Positions 1-12,112 of a stretch of DNA of 64,000 nt are shown here, in pieces. Each line of letters begins with the position of its first letter. Position 1 is the first letter of the stretch. Origin of the DNA: Gnetum montanum (Eukaryota > Plantae > Gnetophyta); the NCBI GenBank assembly GCA_015680685.1, contig MNCI01002813.1, positions 1,359,403-1,423,402 on the forward strand. The letters run 5' to 3'. Under the pieces are notes generated by a model. The model did no database searches. It saw only the letters and a list, made by a program, of their open reading frames with translations, and had not been told where the DNA came from. Both the position numbers and the translations under genes were made by a program.

Positions 1-17
1 CAAGTACAAGCTAGTTG

Positions 18-107
18 AGATCTTGTGGAGATTTTGGCATAATAAAATGCTGGTTTGTAGCTTTCCAAACAAAGTTTCAAAATGAGCAATTGCAGGGAAA
101 TGCAAAT
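18..107 (+). repeat. Short dispersed intronic repeat, second copy at ~1499-1590
   Basis: agatcttgtggagattttggcataataaaatgctggtttgtagctttccaaac versus agatcttgtaaagatttaggcataatagaatgttgatttgtagctttctaaac. Confidence 0.75.
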
Positions 108-722
108 AAGAGATTTTGGCATAATTAAATGCTGAAAAGTGTCATGAATATTGAGAACAGAACTTGGGAATGTTAGTTTCTTAAAAGAAGCTTTATTTTA
201 GTTTTTAGTAGGAATGAGTTCACTGTGGTGTCTAAACAGACTGAACATAGAGAAAAAATAATTGAGAAAAACCTGGTGAGTTTCAAATAGAAGTAAAACA
301 CTATTATTAGTTGGAATATTTGTTATTTGCGTAATTTTATTCTGGTTATTGTTTCTAAATTAAATAATGAGTATAGTTCTAAGCTTTTTTAGTAGTTTAA
401 TTATACTTTCTTTTCAGGTTTTTAAAATTGTTATTCATATGATGCTATTAAACTCTGCCTTTTCTCTGAAGTTGTTTTTGCAAGTTCAGAACTTCTACAG
501 TTATGCAATATTTCTTTTGTTTGACATTCTGAAAAAATATTATGAACAATAAAGTTTACTGCTTCACTGAATACTTTTAGAGAATAAAGACCATAAAACT
601 TAAGGTTATCTTATATGTTAATCTGCAGAATATATGTGTGGAATTTATATGAATCAAAGAACTATGGATATGTTTTGTTTTAAGACATTGCTAACAAATT
701 CTTTCAATGGTCTGAATCGTAG

Positions 723-799
723 CATACTGGAGTAATGAAAATGAACAAGTTGTTCCTTGCAGTTCTGTTGACATATCAATAGCTGTTGCCACTGAAAAG
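723..799 (+). CDS. LTA3: Mitochondrial PDH E2 (dihydrolipoamide acetyltransferase), internal exon; upstream exons lie outside the window
   Basis: AG|CA...AAG|GT. Encodes (A)YWSNENEQVVPCSSVDISIAVATEK, matching the SVDISIAVATEK segment of plant LTA3-type E2. Confidence 0.9.
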
Positions 800-925
800 G
801 TAGAGCTATTATTTTTTATGAATATTTCACATGGTTAATGGATGTCACTTCCATGTCATTTTTTAGTGACTTGAAAAATCATATGAATAATTTCTCTAAT
901 TACCATCATCATCTCATAATTGCAG

Positions 926-988
926 GGACTCATGACACCAATTTTGCGGAATGCAGACCAGAAGACACTCTCAGCAATTTCAGCAGAG
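926..988 (+). CDS. LTA3: PDH E2 exon
   Basis: tgcag|GGA...GAG|gtac. Encodes GLMTPILRNADQKTLSAISAE; followed by a 9.6-kb intron (989-10583). Confidence 0.93.
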
Positions 989-2049
989 GTACATAATATT
1001 TATTTTCTTAAATTAACTGTGTTTTTCGTCTGATATTATGCTTTGATGGTTGGGCTTCCTTATTTTTCTCCTTCGTAATTACTTTGTTTTTGAATAAGTA
1101 AAAAAAGTCTATATTAATAAAAAAAAAGACTTGAACTACAATGAGATTATTTTTGGGATCTTAATAATATACTAAGATGAAAGTATCAAATTTCTAAAAA
1201 ATTGTAAAACAATCATATCAAGCTGTCATTCTACTCTAAAGTTCAGAAAATTAAATTATAATCATGTAAGGCTCAAAGACTTCATCAATCAAGTGCCATT
1301 CAATATATCATATTTTCCTTCTAATTTTTTATTGCTAGTGACCATACTCTATCTAAATTGATTGCTATCCCTTTAAAAGTGCTTAGGTTTTCTATTTTTA
1401 TTTTTTAATAAGATGCTAAAGATCACTTGTGTTAGCAAAGCACTTCAAATATTATCAATGCATTGAGTTCCATTGATATAGTTCTAAGTTGCTATACAAG
1501 ATCTTGTAAAGATTTAGGCATAATAGAATGTTGATTTGTAGCTTTCTAAACTTTGTTCTAAATATGGATAGTTGCACAGTAGTGCAAAATGATATGATTA
1601 GCATCTTCACAGGCATTCTTATAGAAGTATCTATTAACTATTATCATTCCTCACTTCAACAACTTATCTATGGTTGGAAGTAAGGTTTGGACATGCACCG
1701 ATAGGAATTTTGGGTTGCAAAGGGAGTGCTATGGGGGAGGGGTAGTGAGGTTTTGGAGTAGTAGGTGAGGCTATATGGGAACCATGAGGGACAACTAGGT
1801 CTGGAGAGTGAACTAGATGTGGAGGGAGAGTTGGACAAGTCCTACAAGAGGCAAGAGGGAAACAAAGGTCCTAGGGTTGAGGCTTAGCAGGAGGTTGAGG
1901 ACACTAAGGTGATCCTCTTAGAGGGAAGTAAGGTAGGTGCATGGGCTTAGGTGGAGCAGGAGGTGGAGCAAGTTGGTAGTGGGGACTTGGCCTTGGAGGT
2001 ATTGAGGTAGTTAATCTCGTGAACAAAGTCCTAGTTTCTTTCCATGTGC

Positions 2050-5000
2050 TTGACCAAGGGTGAGATAGAATAAAAGGTGGATATCCACTTTTTGGAAGGT
2101 GGCTGAATAAAGATTCATGTCTTGCAGGATGACATACTATTGTTTGTTTTTTGGTTTTTCACTGATAGTAACCCTAGTTTTTTAGGGCTAGGGGCTAGCA
2201 CTTACACATTGGCAATGTGGGATCCATCAAGGCCTTAGTCTCTTTGACACGGCCATTGTCTAGATCAGGGTTTTTAGTCTTCCCTAGGATACATGATTTA
2301 ACTTTTTTGTTCAAATCCTTGTGAGGTTCTTTGGGGAATTCATTGCCTTTGATAGATTTATAGTTTTTAGGAGTTGGAGGGGGTATGCCTACTTTTGTTA
2401 TGCCAAAGGAGATTTTGATGGATACAAGTTGGGATGTTGAGAAGCTTTCTATGGAATACAAGAAGATCTTGCCTATAGGGACTAGGACCCAAGAGTAGAA
2501 ACAATGCTTCCTGCTATATAGGATGCAATTTTTGTGGGAAAGGGAACTACACTTCCAACGACTATTGTGCATGTCTCAAACATATGGGTTAGAATGCTCC
2601 TACTAATGGTCCTTAGCTCTAAGCCAATAGGGCATCACAATGTGTTATCCATTAGGACAATGTCCTAGTTGTGGGGCCTTCTTAAGATAGTGACAAGACA
2701 TTGATGGTAAGGGAGCTTGAGGAATTACCCTTTCAAACAAGTTCTAGGTCTTACATTAGGATTTTGGGGTTTCAAAAGAGGGCACCATGGGTTTGGGTTT
2801 TATTCGGGGTTATCCATCCCCTAGGTAGCTTACTAGGTTGGTTATGAGGGCCCCTATTGGGGTAGGGGAGGCATTGGCCTCCTCCACACTTCTTACTTCT
2901 TTGTCAATGGAAGGGTGTTCTACTAGTAGTTGGTGAGGTATCCTTTGGGTCTTGGCCCATTGGCTCTCTTTTGTAGGAGTAACCATGAATCTTTTGCTTC
3001 TAGGAAGTAGGTTGCCCCTCTTTGAGGTAGTACATTGTGTGAGTCTCCCACCAGACTCACAAGTGTGGAAATGCAGATCTTGAAGGAGAATGTTGATGTT
3101 GTTCGATGCTTCAAGGTTCAATGAAACTAAAAATTGGGGGTGTGGTACCATGAAACTTAGTGAGATATTGACTTCAGAATTCATGAGACCCTCAACGAGC
3201 TCTACTACAAAAAGTTTATAGGTAGACCATGAAGATTTTGTCATGGAATTGTAGGGGCCAAGGTGCCTCGTACAAACGAACTATCTTGAAAGAATTAACT
3301 AAAGAAGGAAATTGGGACATAATTCTTCTGTAGGAAGCCAGAACATTTGCAAGAAATAGACAAGTTTTGCAATGGAATTGTTGGCAGACTGTTCTGGTTA
3401 ATTCATGTTGAAAAGCAGGGGTCTTGCTATTTTAACCAAATGGCCCATTCTGATTGGAGTCAAACAGTTTTGTTCTATTGAAGGAGCTGTGGATCACTAA
3501 TTTTTATTATCCCCAGGTGGAGGATAGAATCTAGCAAATCCATATTGCAACTGTTGCTGTTCCAGAAAAAGATTGGCGGATTCTTGGAGGGTGGGCGTTT
3601 GGGGGGTTGGGGAGGAGGGGGATAGGGAAGGGTGAGCGTGGCATGGGGGAGAACTTTAACAAGCTACTCTACAATTGGGAAAAGAGGGTTAAGGTGATAC
3701 CCAGCCACCAAGGGTGAATGACTTCTTTCACTTTTTGGCTGAATTCCAGATCGTCGATGTTGAGATCCAAGAGTGTAAGTTCACTTGGTGTAATAGGTAA
3801 TGTGGCCTTGACAACATTCTTACTGGGATTGATAGGATCTGGGTCAGCTCCATGTTGATGGTTAGATTCCATTTCCTTTTGATTGGGCTGAATTGTCTAA
3901 CCTTTGATCACAAACCCATTCTCCTTTTTCTTAACCAACATGAGGGGCACCGCCTCCTTCAGACTGGAACGCTCTTGGCGCAAGAAGTCATGGCTTAGGG
4001 ATGCTGTCCTTGCAATGTGGCGTGCGTACCTTTTCTCTGTTGACCCCACGGATTTCCTGAAGGTGGCTGTATACAGAATTGAAACCATTATCAAGTCCAG
4101 ACACATGCATGCCAAATGCTTGTTTCGATTTCTTAAGGATCAACACAAAAAAAACTATAATAGATTCATGTGCTCCAAGAATAGGGCTAGCATGTTGTAC
4201 ATGAAGAGATGAAGATCTTAAGGGAATTGTAGACCTTGTCACATGAGGAGGAACTCTACTAGAAAGAGAGCTCATAGGTGTAGTGGGTCAATGAGTGAGA
4301 TATAAACAAGAAGTTCTTTTTTGCCGTTGCCAAAGCATTAAAAGGCATTTGCCAAATCCATATGTTGAACGGAGGTGATGATCTAATTTCTAATATTGAT
4401 AGTATTGGCTATGGAATAGTCTTGGTGGAATATTTGGACTAGGGGAGCTACAACCCTCCTATGGTCCTTATTTACAAGGTCCTTGATGTGGAGGATAACA
4501 TAAGTTTGCCCACATTGATTTCTAAGGAAGAATTTGCAGATACCATTTTCCCTATGCACCTAGGAATGGCTCGTAGACTAGACAATTGACCTATCAAATT
4601 CTTTAGAGAATTCTTTGATATTCTTAGGGCCATCATTGTGGATGCTTTCAATATGATGCCACAATGGGCATAGGTGTGTAAGGAGCTTAATTGTTCAAAG
4701 GTGAATCTTGTCCCTAAAAGAAGAGACCTTAGGGATCCTTCTAACCGTAGGTCCATTGGGGTCTGTAATATTCTTATGTGAGTGTTTTTTCAAAATTTTG
4801 GTGCAGTGGTTGGAGCCCCTCATGAGCATATTGGTTGGTGATAATTAGGCTGGTTTTGTGAAGAGTAGATTCACAGATGACTAGTTCTTGTCTTGAAGCT
4901 TATGCACTTAGTTTCTAAGTGCAAATTCCTTGTTATGTTTCTTAAACTTGATATTGCCAAAGCTTATAACTTCTTAAGTTGGGACTACCACTTGAAGTAA

Positions 5001-6570
5001 TGGTAAGGTGCTTGTTTCTCAAGTCGTTAGACTTGGGTTTAAGCTTGGGCAAAGTTACTTGAAAGAGGTTAGGCTTTTGCTCATCTATTGCCTTTCTAGG
5101 ACCTTTCCTTGAAAGGATGAGCATTGAGCCTTTGGGTGATGGTCCTTTTAACCTTTTTATATGATTTACTTAAGTTGGTATGCCCTACAAGAAATCATGT
5201 TTTAGAAAGGCTTTCACAAAAATTTTTTTTGACTTGTGCTTACACATTTAATGCCACCGGGGGGGAAGGGAAGAGGCATGCTCCTTTGAGATGAATGGCT
5301 TAAGGGAATTCATCTTTCCTCAACATCGTCTATGAGTAGAAGGATGATACCTTGTGGGTTAAATCATTAGAACAAAACACTGTGGGAATATTAGCCTAGC
5401 GACTTAACTCTATGGAAGAGCATTTTTCATCACCATGAAGTGATTGAAAACATGCACGTCATTGAACCATGCACTACCAAGCAACTTCTTTTAACTAAAC
5501 TATAGATCTGTTCAATGATGGAACATCATGTGAAAGGGCAAAGTCCCAAAAAAATTAACATATATAAATGACTTCTAAACAAGGACATCATTCCCACAAA
5601 GTCTTTTTTACATCGGAGGGGCATGATTATTGAACAATCATGTGTCCTCTGCCGTAATAATCTACTAGAGAAGGCCAAAAACCTTATTTTCTTTTGCTTG
5701 TTCAACCCTCAAGTTTGGTTCCACGGTGGAATGAAAAATATTTATACTTTCATTGATGATACAATGAACGTGATTGTTGCCTACACTATTTGAACGGCTC
5801 ACAATCAACACATTTTCTTAGTAGTCCATTTGTCATTTCCTTGCACTATTTACTACATTGCATTGTGTTTGTGGAGAGAGCTCACAATTGCAATGTGTAT
5901 TGCCCCCATTTTTGAGCTTGCATCTAAGCTTTTTCAACACTATTGTGAGCTTCAGGGAATGATTTCTGTAGTTGGCCAGGACACTTCACTTCCCTAGTTG
6001 TAGGGAGAAAGGGATTTCTAGGGCACTCAATTTTTTGCTAGTTAAAGGGAATTGCCAAGTATCTTGGGATCCTTGTGGAGAGGGAAATTATCTTACATGC
6101 TATTTATGGTTTGCAGGGTGCCATTGTAAGCAACCAAGTCCCTTGCTCTTAGATTCAGCCAATTTGGTAGTGTGCAATTGAGATAGTTGAGTGATATTTT
6201 GTTCAATCTGGAAATTTTTCTAAATGGTAGGAGTTACATTTTGCTTTCCTGAAATGCCTATTTCTATAGAAGCAAGTGAATCTACCTAGCTTTTTCTTTG
6301 CTTGTTTGGGGAGGAGGTAGGTGGGAAAACATTTTGACCCTCTTTTAGGTTGCCTAGGGCCTTCTACCAACATTCATGTAGGATGTGTTGTTACTTGGTA
6401 CTAGCAAATTTGCCATCACCTACCAACGATAGCCCTATGGGCACAACAATTGTCCTATAGCCTAGCTCACTTCTTTCCCTAGCTTGGGAAATGGCTTGCA
6501 AATCACATTGACCAACATTCCTATCACATGGCCTCTAGGTCAAGTTCTCATTTCACAAGATACCCTCACT
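2050..6570 (+). mobile_element. Degenerate L1-type LINE fragments in the LTA3 intron
   Basis: Endonuclease-like remnants (~3640-3850), SFRLERSW linker (3904-4212), RT start (DPSNRRSIGVCN...AGFVKSR...LDIAKAY, 4730-4970), zf-RVT (NKDIIPTK...CVLC...NLIFFC...QVW, 5577-5718) and a YLG-like RT tail (~6050). Many stops and frameshifts; boundaries approximate. Confidence 0.8.
4983..5160 (+). mobile_element. tRNA-derived SINE-like element, copy 1, inserted in the LINE RT
   Basis: A-box-like TGAAGTAATGG, B-box-like GGGTTTAAGC, T-rich tail; colinear with 8916-9088. Confidence 0.65.
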
Positions 6571-6574
6571 ATAG

Positions 6575-7520
6575 TGTAGGGACACCTCTTCTGATCCCCT
6601 TTGTTTCTTCCCTATGTTTATGTTTGCAGGTTTCAGGCTTGAAGAAGACACCTTGGAGGGCAAGAAAACATCTTGGCTAAGAGCTATTGCTGACAAAAGA
6701 CATCTTGGAGCTAGAGGAGATGGCTTGCTAAGTTTGCTATCTTCTTGGGGAAGATGTCTTGCAGGAGGAAAGATGTCTTGCCCAAGGTGTCTCTTGCCAA
6801 GAGGAGACATCTTGTCTCAGAAGGAGATGTCTTGCCTACACAAGAGATGTCTCCCTTGAAAATTGGTTTTGACAGGAGACGTTTTCCCAAGGTCAAAGAT
6901 GACCCATACAATCGGGGAAACTTCCAAAATCGCTTGTCCCCATTTTGGAAACAACTGGGGTAAGTTGGGAAAGGATGGAAATAGCTAGGGAGAAGGTGAG
7001 AAGACTATGAAAACAATTGAAGAACCTCAAGTTGAGTTGATGGAAGATTTCTAGGTTTCTTATCTCCTTGTTCATTAATTGATGTAATTCACAATTGTTA
7101 GTACCATGAGTAAGATAGAGAGCTCTTAGTGTGGAGAGCTTAGTAAGAGAGGGTGTGAGAGCACATTGAGTGAGTGCAATTGGTGATTGCAACTCCAATG
7201 TCAATTGTGTGGTGTGTTGGCTTGTGTGTTCTATTCTCTTGTTTTACTTGTGAGTTGAGATCTTTGTCCTGGGTTGTGAGAGAGATTTTGGGTCTTGCAT
7301 TGAGAACAACCAGTGTGTGGATGTAGAGCCTCATGCTCTACAATATCGTTTGAATATGCAAGGTTTTGGATGTTGTGGGTTTTGAGAACCTGATTGTAAT
7401 CTTCTAATCAATTAAGTGCAGATAGCTAGTTTTCTTGTTTCTAGCTAATTAATTGTCTTTTCATAATATCTGGATTTAGTATTTGAAGGTGATTAATAAT
7501 TGGAGTGAACCTGCTCCACA
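6575..7520 (+). mobile_element. 5' LTR of a truncated Gypsy (chromovirus-like) element
   Basis: TGTAGG...CCACA termini, homologous to the inverted LTR at 18868-19927. Followed by a TGG-starting PBS-like site (~7522) and gag-like sequence to ~8000. Confidence 0.7.
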
Positions 7521-8915
7521 CTGGTTTTTGAGAGGCACTTTAGGGAGGAGATCTTCATGCAGATTTGATAGGAATTGGAGGCAAAATTCCAGTCCCATCT
7601 CAAGGAGCTTGAAGAAAATGTTAGAAAGGAAATGGATGCTAAAGCAACGGCTAAGATTGCAAGGGCCACGGAAGATGGTGAGATTCAACTTAAGTAGGAG
7701 GCCTAGCATCATTACCAAAGTGAGCATGAGGTCCATTGCCAACAAGTTCACTGCCAGCTGTAGGAGGACGTGGAGCAGGAATGCTTCAAAAGGGAAAAGT
7801 GTCAAAGGGAAGAAAACATTCAGATTGTTTATTTATCAAATTATTGATTGTGTTGATGAATTTGTGAGGTCATGAAGAGAATGTTGATGAGAATGGAGAG
7901 AGAGAATGATGAGTTGGTGGTGGAATTATTTATTTGAATCATCAATCATCAAGAACACTTCTATAGGAACATCAATTCATCAAAGGAAAACTTCATCAAG
8001 GGAATTCTTTCTTCATAATAAGGATAGGAAGCGCCACCCACTTCTAGAAATGCGTAGGGGCCAAAGTACATGACATGGGGCCAAGTTTGCCTTATTCTTT
8101 TCATAAAATGATTTTTTAATAGGAATTTGTGGTTATTATTAATTACATTTGCCCATCAAATTCCTTCATTTGTTTTTTAAATAAAAAATGACTTTTGGGC
8201 TTCCACACCCATTTTTCAATCATATTACATAATTTTTCCAACAAAAATATATAGAAAAAATCATCATAAAGATTGAAGCAACCTTATAAATTATTTGTTT
8301 CATGAAGTCACTATTCATGCATCCTAGTTTTCCAACATATTGAAGATTGCATTTAGATGCAGAAATAGAGAACATATGACACCATCCCATCATGGTGTCT
8401 AATCTCAAGGAGTTTTTACAACCCTGTGATTTTTATGCATTGATCTTGATTTTGACACATAGGAGCTAGCTCACATGTGTGATTAGAGTGTTTGAAGCCA
8501 ATTGAGAATTGTTGGCTTCTTTGAATAATCCTTTTGCTTTATGCTGTCAAATATTGCAAATCAGCAATACATCTTTATTATATTAATATGTTTCATCATC
8601 AACCAATTCGTCTTAAGCTATATCCCTTTGACTGATTAAAATTTTAAAACATTTTTATCAAGATCATTGTCACTCCCACTATTTTTTATATTATCTTCTG
8701 ATTTAAGATCAATCTATTGAAGTAACCTCAAATCTGAATTTTGATACATCTCATCATGAAAAGTTTTTAACTGTTCTTGAAGATTCAATGTTTGCTGATA
8801 TTTAACTAATTGTTGAAAAATTGTTGGAATTAGTTGACAAAAATACATTCGTACTGGTTAATGATACAATTGACAGATGATTATTATTAGTCATATTTCC
8901 TTGATTGACTTCAGA

Positions 8916-9088
8916 GACTACTACTTTTAGGAATGTTAATGTTCTTTCTCAAGTCTTAAGACCTGGGTTCAAGCCTGAGCTTAGCCACTTGAAAAAGGTT
9001 AGGTTTTCGTTCATCCATCAACTCTCCTAGGACCTTGCCCTGGTAGGATGAGCATTGAGGATTTGAGTGATGATTCTTTTTCTTTAAC
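8916..9088 (+). mobile_element. tRNA-derived SINE-like element, copy 2
   Basis: B-box GGGTTCAAGCC. Body ttgaaaaaggttagg...aggatgagcattgag is shared with 4983-5160; T-rich tail. Confidence 0.65.
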
Positions 9089-10409
9089 AAACTTCTTCAT
9101 TAGCAATATTCTCAATGCTAGTGTCAGCATTTATATTTTCAGAAATGGAATTTAATTATCAATGCTAGTGTCAGCATTTATATTTTCAGAAATGGAATTT
9201 AATTATNTTTTGTGCAACTACCCGAACCTTTGGAACCCAACGAATGACTTCAATTATTATACTGTTTATACAAGTTACAATGACATACATTTCATGAATT
9301 ATCATGCTAGAACTGAGCTCATGGAAGAAACCTTTTATATTTAATATGAATCTATCGGACAAGCTAACTGTAACTCTATTTTCTAAAAATATATCCAGTT
9401 ATTTTGTCAACATGAAACCCCTTGCATATTTTAGGATGCTTAATGACCTTGTAAGTCCATCTCTCCAAAGGCAGGTGCAAAATGGTTTCATGATTCTTTT
9501 GAAAATTCTTTCATTCCAAATGTCAAGATTCAAGCCAAATATTCAATTCCAAGTACGCTTCCAAATACTTTTATGATTAAAATCTTTTTTTTTCTTCGTA
9601 TCATTGGGTTTCCATTGACAATATATCCAAAATTGAAGAGGCTTTAACATTACGAGGTCAGTTAGAATCCTATTCTATTCAAATACATGATAGCATAAAA
9701 AGATCCAAAATTTGTCTAAATTTTTAGACCAATAATACAAGTGTTTTAGCTTTTAGTTATATTTCTCACTTCATACCATGAGACACTAACATGTGACAAA
9801 TGCAATTTCATACTTGTTCTTTCTAGTAATGCCAGATTTGTTGCTCTGATTTCAATAAGGAGCTGCATCATTCATGATTAATGTGAAGATTAACGATCCT
9901 TTCCATGATAAATCCTCTTTTTCTCAAATTCATTTATCTACCATCTATAAGTTTTTCCCTTTCAAAAATAATAATAATAATGATTTGAAGTTCTTGTTTA
10001 CTTGAATATTTCCAAAATCGCTGTCAAAATCCATGGCTGTACCTGTAATGCAATTTATTTATTTGGTTTTTTTTGGCTCTTTCATGCCCTCAGACTTTCA
10101 CTGCTGAAGGCCAACAGTTTCTGACAATGCTGCTTTGTCCATCAAAATCCAAATAAAATGAAATCCAACTCCAACTATCAATCCCCTGGGGATAGTTATC
10201 AAATATTTGTTGGTCAGTATACATGTCCTTTCATTTGAATCAATTTTTTCTTACTTCCATCAACATATATGTTGCTATCAAGAACCCTCACACAATATTG
10301 TTGGTAGTTGCATCAAGGCAATGTGAAGCAATGAAATTATAATGTTGTCACTTGCCATAGTCCTTAAACATATATTTTTAACATGCCCTTTGATGGCATG
10401 TATCTCAAC

Positions 10410-10482
10410 CTATGCCTTGGAATCAAACCCGTGACTTGTACAAGCACAAACACTTTCTCTGATCAAGTAAACTATGCTGCAT
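10410..10482 (-). mobile_element. Possible SINE head (A/B-box-like)
   Basis: Reverse complement reads gcagcaTAGTTTACTTGATC...acGGGTTTGATTCCaagg. Confidence 0.35.
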
Positions 10483-10583
10483 AGATCTATAGGGAAATTT
10501 AATCAGTTACAGCATTCCTCAATTTCTGACACGCTTGGTATGTAAATGTTATAAGCTCATGCTTCAGTTGGACTATGGGGCAG

Positions 10584-10654
10584 GTTAAAGAACTGGCAGA
10601 AAAGGCGCGTCATGGAAAACTTATCCCTAGTGAATTTCAAGGTGGAACCTTCAG
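10584..10654 (+). CDS. LTA3: PDH E2 exon ending in a GC donor
   Basis: cag|GTT...TTCAG|gcaagt. Encodes VKELAEKARHGKLIPSEFQGGTF(S). Confidence 0.93.
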
Positions 10655-10767
10655 GCAAGTCTATCCCTTTATTTGCAATTTTATCTGAAAACATACACAA
10701 GAATGGCAATAATTTTCGTGTAGGACACTAGCCATGTGGAACTTATATATGATAGTTGTTAATGCAG

Positions 10768-10828
10768 CATCTCAAATTTGGGGATGTTTCCAGTGGATCA
10801 ATTCTGTGCGATCATCAATCCTCCACAG
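10768..10828 (+). CDS. LTA3: PDH E2 exon
   Basis: tgcag|C...CAG|gtac. Encodes ISNLGMFPVDQFCAIINPPQ. Confidence 0.95.
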
Positions 10829-11023
10829 GTACAGACTGTTTTTCTTTAAAAAGGGAACTATTATCAATTTTCAGATTTCTCTTTTTGTCTTATGCAAGGT
10901 TTCTTGCATAACACTGCTGCCCGAAGCGAAAGGGCTTCAAATTAACCTTTGGTAAGATCCCATGTTATGTGTCTGTCGATGTACACTCTTTTTCTCCTCC
11001 ACCTATAATCATTTTGATTTCAG

Positions 11024-11084
11024 GCTGGTATCCTCGCTGTCGGTAGAGGCAATAAATCTGTCTGTTGGAAAGAAGATATCAGTG
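11024..11084 (+). CDS. LTA3: PDH E2 exon
   Basis: ttcag|GCT...AGTG|gtatg. Encodes AGILAVGRGNKSVCWKEDIS. Confidence 0.93.
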
Positions 11085-11286
11085 GTATGCCCTTTCGACG
11101 TTGATTTTATTTCCTTGTGATACTTTTAATGCCAAGTGGAATGCGTATTCCTGTTTAACCTAGTTCCAAGAAAGAAAGCAAATAATAAATTGCAATGTGA
11201 ATTCTATTTTGGAACATGATTTCCCAATGGTCTTACCCGGTTTAGGAAAAGGGGAATATGTCAATTCCTTGTGTGTTGATGTGCAG

Positions 11287-11367
11287 GAGAAGAGAAACTA
11301 TTTTCTGTTACAGAGATGACAACGACATTATCGGCAGATCATCGGGTTTTCAATTATGATGTTGGAG
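11287..11367 (+). CDS. LTA3: PDH E2 exon containing the catalytic His motif
   Basis: tgcag|GA...GGAG|gtaaa. Encodes (G)EEKLFSVTEMTTTLSADHRVFNYDVG. Confidence 0.93.
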
Positions 11368-11506
11368 GTAAATTCAATGTTCTGCGTAACAGATTACTCA
11401 ATTTTCTGTGGAAATCCGTTTCCTAATATAGAAGGAAAATACCATGTTTTTCATACCAGAACTAATATAAAATTATGCAACTACCTGGTTGAACGTTATG
11501 TTGCAG

Positions 11507-11565
11507 TTCGATTCTTAGACACGTTGAATGCAAACTTCAAGGAGATAAAACGGCTTCTTCTGTAA
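11507..11565 (+). CDS. LTA3: PDH E2 terminal coding exon
   Basis: tgcag|TT...TAA. Encodes (V)RFLDTLNANFKEIKRLLL*; the ...RLLL end is typical of LTA3. All intron phases are consistent. Confidence 0.92.
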
Positions 11566-12112
11566 AATGATCACAGCTGAAGGTTATTACGATGAAGAGT
11601 GCATTTTTGGTGCGATCTGTTACAATGCTAGCATGCTTTCTTATTTACTTCATGCTAGTACGCTTTCTTATTCACTTCCATGTTTATTTTCTTTAGTGGC
11701 AGAATCTGGATCATGTGCAGAATCTGCCATTGGCTTTGAGATAGTGTGAGAAATAGCAATAATGGTGCCAAATTATATTCGATCATCATTATAATTATGT
11801 CAATTCTATAACTGAACTGTACTGGGCATCCAGAAAATTTTCTTATAACGGTATTTTCTTTTTCTTTTGGGGTTATCATTTTTCAAAACGTTGGGGAGAC
11901 TCTCCCTTCAGAATATCAAGAAGGAAGATTTGTTGTATCATGGCTCATGCTATAATCATAAGGTTGCTATGATCGTTAAGGTTTGCAGGAAACCATATGC
12001 TCCTTGATAAAAATTTTCATACTATATATTTTGAGTCAAAAACATTTTATTAGGAAAAACAACCATGGTTATTGGTTTGGTTTACCATGTTGTTGAACAA
12101 GGAGCAAACCAT

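Noticed and set aside
763-799. Shorter exon using the ttgcag acceptor at 761-762
   Set aside because: The upstream acceptor at 721-722 adds YWSNENEQVVPC, which matches the homologous E2 segment.
3586-3650. G-quadruplex-like G runs (C runs at 63428-63455)
   Set aside because: Low-complexity tract in decayed repeat DNA with no supporting context.
9112-9207. Perfect 47-bp tandem duplication
   Set aside because: Ends exactly at a single N; likely a contig-overlap or gap-filling artefact.
11356-11565. 69-aa ORF as an independent gene (likewise 10734-10955)
   Set aside because: Intron read-through overlapping LTA3 exons.
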